From NCBI GenBank assembly GCA_964343875.1, contig CAYFJW010000002.1, positions 73,246 to 137,245 on the forward strand: DNA of 64,000 nucleotides, written 5' to 3'. Under the pieces are notes generated by a model. It had not been told where the DNA came from, made no database searches, and was given only the letters and a program-made list of their open reading frames with translations. Each line of letters starts with the position of its first letter. Position 1 is the stretch's first letter. The stretch comes from Candidatus Woesearchaeota archaeon (lineage in GTDB: Archaea > Nanobdellota > Nanobdellia > SCGC-AAA011-G17 > UBA489). Shown here piece by piece: positions 58,446 to 64,000 of the stretch. The position numbers and the translations under genes are program-made.

Positions 58446-58966
58446 AATTCAACATTGAGATAAAAAAGAGGCAGATGTATTTTTTGACTGCGTTAATTGT
58501 ATTAGGGTTCACTATCTTGTTTGTTCAGGGTCAGGGTGTTTCTAATTTTGGTCATGATTCTAACCAGGTTGAGATTTTAGTTGGCGGTTCTACTATGACT
58601 TTGCAGGAGGCTTATGATACTGATGCGTTTAATGAGGTTCGTTGTATGAATAAGCGGACTGATAAGTATAATAAGGATGCAGTCGGGTGGTGTACTTCTG
58701 ACTATCCTGTTTTAATGCACTGTTCGTTAGTTGATAATGAAGCTCCTCTAGCTACTCCGACGAAGATAAGTACAGCAGGTAGTTCTTCTGGAATTTGTCA
58801 GTCGGATGGAATTTGTAAGGCGAATGATATCAGGGGTGATCTTGCGACTGATGATGCGAACTTAGAAGTTGTTGTTAAGGATGATGGGGTTACTCAGGGT
58901 TGTTGGCAATACGATCGTAGTCATTCTAGGCAGAAGTACCGGTTAGAAATGGTTTGTTGTAAATAA
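58442..58966 (+). CDS. Membrane-anchored or secreted Cys-containing protein
   Basis: N-terminal TM, FGHDS motif, 8 Cys with a terminal CCK. Confidence 0.6.
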   Translation: MKFNIEIKKRQMYFLTALIVLGFTILFVQGQGVSNFGHDSNQVEILVGGSTMTLQEAYDTDAFNEVRCMNKRTDKYNKDAVGWCTSDYPVLMHCSLVDNEAPLATPTKISTAGSSSGICQSDGICKANDIRGDLATDDANLEVVVKDDGVTQGCWQYDRSHSRQKYRLEMVCCK

Positions 58967-61900
58967 TTATACGCCTGAATTCATTACTTTACTATCTGGG
59001 CTTAACAAATTAACGATGTCGTCTTGTTTTCTTAGTCCTCTGTAGATTCTTTGTATGAATTCTCTTTTTGCTTTGTCGAAGTAGAATTCCATGAATGCAT
59101 TTTGATCTTTTCTTTGTAGTATTTTCCAGAAGATGTCTTGCATTGCGGGGAATGGGTATTTGGTGAATATTATGCTTTTGCACATGTCTCCTGGTAAATC
59201 TACACCTCTGTTGCATTTGGTGCTATAAAGTGCATCGATTTTGCCTTCTTTGAACATTCTCAATAGTTCTCCTTTCCGATATTTTTCTTGTAGTGCTTGT
59301 AGTTTTTCTCTACTCATGATGTTTATTCCAAATTCTTCTTTTTCGGCATCTGATGGCAGGTCTCCGTAGCTGTTAACATGGACTAGGAATGGTTTTTCAG
59401 CACAGGCAACACATTCTTCCAAGGCCATCAAATACCCCTCTCTTGTAATCCTTCCGTCCTTAAAATCGCGCCATCTACAGCTCTTCTCCAACCCAGTTAA
59501 GTTCTTTTTTACTAATCCCATATGCTCTGTTTCAGCATCAATTACAATGAAATCGTCAACACCATATATGTTCCTCAAAACTTCAGGATTATGCAATGTA
59601 CCAGACATCATCAAAAAAACCTTGTTCTTCTCAAGTATTTCACCTAATTTCTTCTTCAAATTAATATTAACAACCCTAACAATCAAATCTTCCCTGGGAT
59701 TCCTCCCAAAACTAACATACGTATCATCCAACAGACCTTCAAAACTCTTAGCCAAAATATAATACTGTTCTAACTCTTCATACTCAACAATGAAATCATT
59801 ATTAATTAAGAAATTAAACATCTTAACTAGCTTAGTATCCTTAATTTCAAGTATCTCTTTCTCATCAATCATCTCATTAACCCATCTAGCACCCAACAAA
59901 CTATCCACTAAAGCCATTAATTCTCCAAGAGCCTCCTTAACACTCAAATCAGAAACCTTAGATATTACCTCTTCAATCTTACGCCGCATCCAATCTAAAT
60001 TCAAATTCTTCTCATTGCTTAAACTATCTAAAAATTCATCACACTCATCTATTACTTCAATATCAGTTGCGGGCTTCCTATCTAAAACATTCTCAACCTC
60101 ATATTTTTTATTATTAAATATCAAAACATCCGAATCAATATATCTCATAAACTGTTCATAATACTTACAGCCAGGTTTTCTTTCAAAATAAATATAATCC
60201 TTATCTTTCAACCCCTTATACGTATGTTCCTTTGCATCCTTCAAACCATAATCACCAAACCAATCCTTACCAATAACAGGACTCCAGTGTGGACAAGCAG
60301 CAGCAACACTTATCCTCCTAACATCTTCAACAGAATTAAAATCACCAATATCAACTGCAGGGTTATTCTTAATATATGCCTTAATCAAATCCCAGTTACT
60401 TTCTTTTAAATCAATTGAACAAGGTAAAAACTTATCATCTGCTCTTGTATTTTCACTATAAATACATTGAAAATTATTTCTCCCAGTTAAATTGCTAATT
60501 TTTAATGGAGTTTTGTCATCTTTTAACACCTTAAAATTATCAGTATAATCTGTTTGGTATTGCTCTTGCAAATATTTAACAGGCACAACAATACTTGCCC
60601 TACCACATTTCTTTGCAATATTCAAGGCCATCGCAGAATTATGCACTATGATCCCATTAGCAATAAAATTATGATATTTTTCAACCTCTAAATCATAGGT
60701 TTCTCCAGTTTTAACATAGCCAATGGATTTAATCTTATCCCAAAAGATATCCTCATTGTTGATAAAGAATAAAGCGTCATCCTTAATATGCCTATTTATT
60801 TCTCTCATATGTTCTCTAAGAAAATCAATGCTTGTCTGATGGAATAACTGAGGGGTTTTAATAGATTTCATCTTCTTTATTTTTTTCCAACCAATATTTT
60901 TGTTTACCCGTTGAATATTGTCAAAATTAATGTACCTATCAAGTTCATTATATGTATAGCCCTTATTCTTTAAATAAAGACGAATAACACGAGGAATCTT
61001 GTCAATATTGGTGAATTTATGTTTTTTCAATGTTTTCAACAAATCTAATGCAACTTTCTGTTTTTTACCAACAAATCCAATCTCCCGAATATACTTCTCA
61101 ACATTTTTTTGTGAAGAGATATTTATCCTCATAGAATAATCTTTTGCCCCCCTATTTTTTTTTGTAATTGTGTGTTGTATCCCAAATCTAGTTAACAACA
61201 AGGACACATCCCTGACCAATCTAGAAGAAATTGAAGTGTATTCTATAATCGCTTGATTTTCCTTTCTTAATTTATTTTTTTTAAGATATATAGAACCATC
61301 TCCAGAAAAGAGCGATTTCAAAAATTCAGCTATAAATTTCTTCCTTAACCCAAAAATAAAAGATGGAACAAACTTATCAAAAGATTTCTTTCCTTCAAGG
61401 CCAAACTTTCTAACTAAAAGTCTAAGTTTATTTGTAGTTCCAAACTTAGTATCCATGTTTCTAAAACATACACTTATGCTTTTTTTGTCTTCCACAATTT
61501 CACCATCAGGAAAGATTTTCTTTATCTCAGAAATATAGTCTTCACGTATTTCGGAATTGAGTAATTTACTTTGATGAAACCTTGGTGATCCCGCTTTATC
61601 AGAAAGACTACCTTCTGCAATAAGATATCCTAAAATTTTCAAGGTCGATATATCAAAATCATTTCCTTCCTTGAGTTTAAGATTATTTGGAATACAGATA
61701 TAGTTTTGAGGAGACAAATCCTCCAATTTTTTCCAAACAAGACCTGTCTCATTAATAGTTAAAAATGGATGGTTAGAAGAAGCCATAATCTCTCTTCCAG
61801 TTCTAGTTACCAAAGAATATATCTTCTTTTTTCCAGTTTTTCTAACATTCTTAAATTTGGAATCTACAATGTTACCGCTTTCATTAAGAGCCATAACTTC

Positions 61901-62152
61901 TCCACTCTTCCCAACTAACTCAGATATCTTATAATTTCCATAATCTTTCCCCTTAGGTTTGCAGAAAACAAGCGTATCTTTCTCCAAACATTTACCACTC
62001 CCACATATCCCTTTCAAAAATATAATCTTATGACCCTTGGAAATAGCCTCTAAGACCTCATTCACAACGTCTTCTTGGGATTTGCCATTAGAGAATATTA
62101 ATGGTTTTAATTCATTCCCTTCCTTATCCAACAAAGACCAAGCCATTTTCAT
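58967..62152 (-). CDS. DinG/XPD-like SF2 helicase containing an intein
   Basis: Walker A CGSGK[intein]S, DECD, MSGTL, RGVDLPG, QRIYRGLR; spaced Cys suggest an Fe-S cluster. Confidence 0.85.
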   Translation of the reverse strand: MKMAWSLLDKEGNELKPLIFSNGKSQEDVVNEVLEAISKGHKIIFLKGICGSGKCLEKDTLVFCKPKGKDYGNYKISELVGKSGEVMALNESGNIVDSKFKNVRKTGKKKIYSLVTRTGREIMASSNHPFLTINETGLVWKKLEDLSPQNYICIPNNLKLKEGNDFDISTLKILGYLIAEGSLSDKAGSPRFHQSKLLNSEIREDYISEIKKIFPDGEIVEDKKSISVCFRNMDTKFGTTNKLRLLVRKFGLEGKKSFDKFVPSFIFGLRKKFIAEFLKSLFSGDGSIYLKKNKLRKENQAIIEYTSISSRLVRDVSLLLTRFGIQHTITKKNRGAKDYSMRINISSQKNVEKYIREIGFVGKKQKVALDLLKTLKKHKFTNIDKIPRVIRLYLKNKGYTYNELDRYINFDNIQRVNKNIGWKKIKKMKSIKTPQLFHQTSIDFLREHMREINRHIKDDALFFINNEDIFWDKIKSIGYVKTGETYDLEVEKYHNFIANGIIVHNSAMALNIAKKCGRASIVVPVKYLQEQYQTDYTDNFKVLKDDKTPLKISNLTGRNNFQCIYSENTRADDKFLPCSIDLKESNWDLIKAYIKNNPAVDIGDFNSVEDVRRISVAAACPHWSPVIGKDWFGDYGLKDAKEHTYKGLKDKDYIYFERKPGCKYYEQFMRYIDSDVLIFNNKKYEVENVLDRKPATDIEVIDECDEFLDSLSNEKNLNLDWMRRKIEEVISKVSDLSVKEALGELMALVDSLLGARWVNEMIDEKEILEIKDTKLVKMFNFLINNDFIVEYEELEQYYILAKSFEGLLDDTYVSFGRNPREDLIVRVVNINLKKKLGEILEKNKVFLMMSGTLHNPEVLRNIYGVDDFIVIDAETEHMGLVKKNLTGLEKSCRWRDFKDGRITREGYLMALEECVACAEKPFLVHVNSYGDLPSDAEKEEFGINIMSREKLQALQEKYRKGELLRMFKEGKIDALYSTKCNRGVDLPGDMCKSIIFTKYPFPAMQDIFWKILQRKDQNAFMEFYFDKAKREFIQRIYRGLRKQDDIVNLLSPDSKVMNSGV
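60638..61990 (-). mobile_element. 451-aa intein with LAGLIDADG endonuclease in the helicase P-loop
   Basis: Starts CLEKDT; block B ASSNHPF; LGYLIAEG and LKSLFSGDG; ends YDLEVEKYHNFIANGIIVHN|S. Confidence 0.93.
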
Positions 62153-62234
62153 AAAAAAACAAACATTCTTTAAAAATATACCACAATTTATAACAACTAT
62201 CTCAAAAAATCCGTAATGGAGGATATGTTTTTAT

Positions 62235-63074
62235 CTAAAAAGGACAACCCTTTGGTGGTTCTTCCCTTGTTTTCCTAGGTCTTTTATCCAATTCAACACC
62301 ACCTAAATCTCTAAACGCCTGTATTTCTGCAGAATCCGTTAACCCTTCCAACCCCCCCTTCGCCAATAAAATATTCATTAGGTCATCTTCCAATCCCCAA
62401 AAAGTACAAATCTTAACATCTCCAGGAACCCAATCATCTCCCTCATAATATCCTTCGGTTAATCTTTCATGTATCTTATCTCTGATAACCTTATCATAAC
62501 TAAATCTCTTTCTCACTTTGAAAAGAGTGGGTTTTATAACTTTGGTCCAATGAACTAGCTTTCCTTTTCTATCGGGTTGCCACTTCTTAGGCTTATCAGT
62601 CTCTATCAACATATATTTACCATCCTTCCCCTCCCCAATTCTCGCAAACGCGGCCAAAACATAACCTCTCTGACAATTGCTAACTTCGACAAAACGCGGC
62701 CTACCTGTCCCCACAGGTTTCCCAACTCTTTCCCCAGTGAAGGAATAAATTCTTGCTGCAGTTTCAGACATCACGGAATATATCTCAGAATACCACCTTG
62801 GAGCAAAAGACCTAACAACCCTTACCCCGTGATTACTATGCTGTGGATCAGGAGCAGGGTCAACACCAACAGAATGTTTATTCGCTTTTAATTCTTCATG
62901 CATTTCATGTGCATGCCCCAGAAATATTTCTCTCGCGACACCAGGCAATTCTTTTAATGGCAGTTCAGGATTCCAAGCCGTACATCTAGCATGCATTTCC
63001 CCATAGGGAATGTCTAACCCGAAAGAATCATACAACTTAACCAATGCCGGATTTACATCACTAATTATTATCAC
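62235..63074 (-). CDS. Hypothetical protein
   Basis: 279-aa ORF; start uncertain; no motif recognised. Confidence 0.55.
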   Translation of the reverse strand: MIIISDVNPALVKLYDSFGLDIPYGEMHARCTAWNPELPLKELPGVAREIFLGHAHEMHEELKANKHSVGVDPAPDPQHSNHGVRVVRSFAPRWYSEIYSVMSETAARIYSFTGERVGKPVGTGRPRFVEVSNCQRGYVLAAFARIGEGKDGKYMLIETDKPKKWQPDRKGKLVHWTKVIKPTLFKVRKRFSYDKVIRDKIHERLTEGYYEGDDWVPGDVKICTFWGLEDDLMNILLAKGGLEGLTDSAEIQAFRDLGGVELDKRPRKTREEPPKGCPF

Positions 63075-63199
63075 CCATTATGTTTACAAATAAAAAGATC
63101 TGTCTTGCCTTCACAAAAGTTATAACTAGTAAGTAGTTTAAAATGATTTATATTTTCTACAACAGAGATTTTAAATAAGCGTCAAATAGCTCAATTTAA

Positions 63200-63952
63200 A
63201 TGTACATCCACAACCTAAATCCAGTATTTCTCTCCCTGGGACCATTAGAAATAAGATACTACGGTCTAGTTTACTTCTTTGGATTCCTACTAGCATGGAT
63301 GTACTTCAAAAAAAGTAACCTAGGAAAAAAACTATTCAAAAAAGAACAGGCAGATGATTTCATACTTTACGTGCTAATCTCTTCAATTGTTTCAGCAAGA
63401 ATATTCTACATTTTATTCTACAACTTAAATCTATACATTGCAAATCCAATCGAAATACTTAAATTTTGGCATGGCGGCATGTCAATACACGGCGGCATAG
63501 TTGGAGGACTCCTTGGGATCTATTTATTCGCAAAGAAATACAATTACAATTTCCTAAAATTAACAGACATAGTTACACTCCCATTAACATTATTCCTCGC
63601 ACTAGGAAGAATTGCCAACTTCATTAATGGAGAACTATACGGTCGCATAACTTCAGTTAAATGGGCTGTTAAATTCCCGAAAGTAGAAGGCTACAGACAC
63701 CCTTCTCAGATCTATGAAGCCCTAAAGAACTTCTTCATATCCTTCGTACTAATCTACAAATCAAAAAAACCATTCAAAACAGGAGAACTAACTGCAATAT
63801 TCCTAATCCTATACTCAATGCTTAGATTCTTCGTAGAATATGTAAGGGAACCAGAACATTACATTCTCGGCCTTACAATGGGCCAATTCCTCTCAATACC
63901 AACATTCATAATAGGTATCTGGCTCTACAAAAGAGTAAAACAAACAATTTAA
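63200..63952 (+). CDS. lgt: Prolipoprotein diacylglyceryl transferase
   Basis: IRYYG, ARIFY, GGMSIHGG, LGRIANFINGELYG, HPSQIYE, RFFVEYVR. Confidence 0.93.
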   Translation: MYIHNLNPVFLSLGPLEIRYYGLVYFFGFLLAWMYFKKSNLGKKLFKKEQADDFILYVLISSIVSARIFYILFYNLNLYIANPIEILKFWHGGMSIHGGIVGGLLGIYLFAKKYNYNFLKLTDIVTLPLTLFLALGRIANFINGELYGRITSVKWAVKFPKVEGYRHPSQIYEALKNFFISFVLIYKSKKPFKTGELTAIFLILYSMLRFFVEYVREPEHYILGLTMGQFLSIPTFIIGIWLYKRVKQTI

Positions 63953-63977
63953 ATAACCCAAAACTGAGTTCTAAACA

Positions 63978-64000
63978 ATGAAAAAAGCATTGATATTACT
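63978..64000 (+). CDS. Start of a gene truncated by the window end
   Basis: ATG AAA AAA GCA TTG ATA TTA, resembling the start of a signal peptide. Confidence 0.35.

Overview
AT-rich, gene-dense archaeal chromosome segment, most likely from a DPANN archaeon of Woesearchaeota type. This is inferred from the divergent archaeal 16S/23S rRNA, class I CCA enzyme, Sec61beta, archaeal RNase P RNA and TATA-box/leaderless promoters. The centre holds a split rRNA locus (16S, tRNA-Ala, an antisense SEC-C gene, 23S; no 5S seen) in which every RNA gene carries an ORF-containing intron. The 16S has a BHB intron with a two-motif LAGLIDADG ORF (E. coli ~793). The tRNA-Ala(UGC) has a 454-nt BHB intron encoding an HNH-like zinc-finger protein whose stop codon is cut by splicing and would be recreated only on the circular intron. 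The 23S has a group I intron with a LAGLIDADG ORF (L1931). A helicase also carries a 451-aa intein. Features missed by the ORF track include a single-hairpin H/ACA guide RNA whose pocket is perfectly complementary to this genome's own 16S helix-31 loop, RNase P RNA, Sec61beta and a 23-aa membrane peptide. Other notable elements are bacterial-type Lgt and LspA with lipobox substrates, and a Cys-rich extracytoplasmic cluster with two proteins ending in MVGGC plus membrane-anchored wHTH regulators. The window also has a protamine-like Arg/Thr protein, a DNPH1-thymidylate kinase fusion facing thyA-folA-folA2, a TyrRS resembling the animal/fungal cytosolic enzyme, and a ~2.8-kb block of inverted strand skew. 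All calls come from reading the sequence by eye; no database searches were run.
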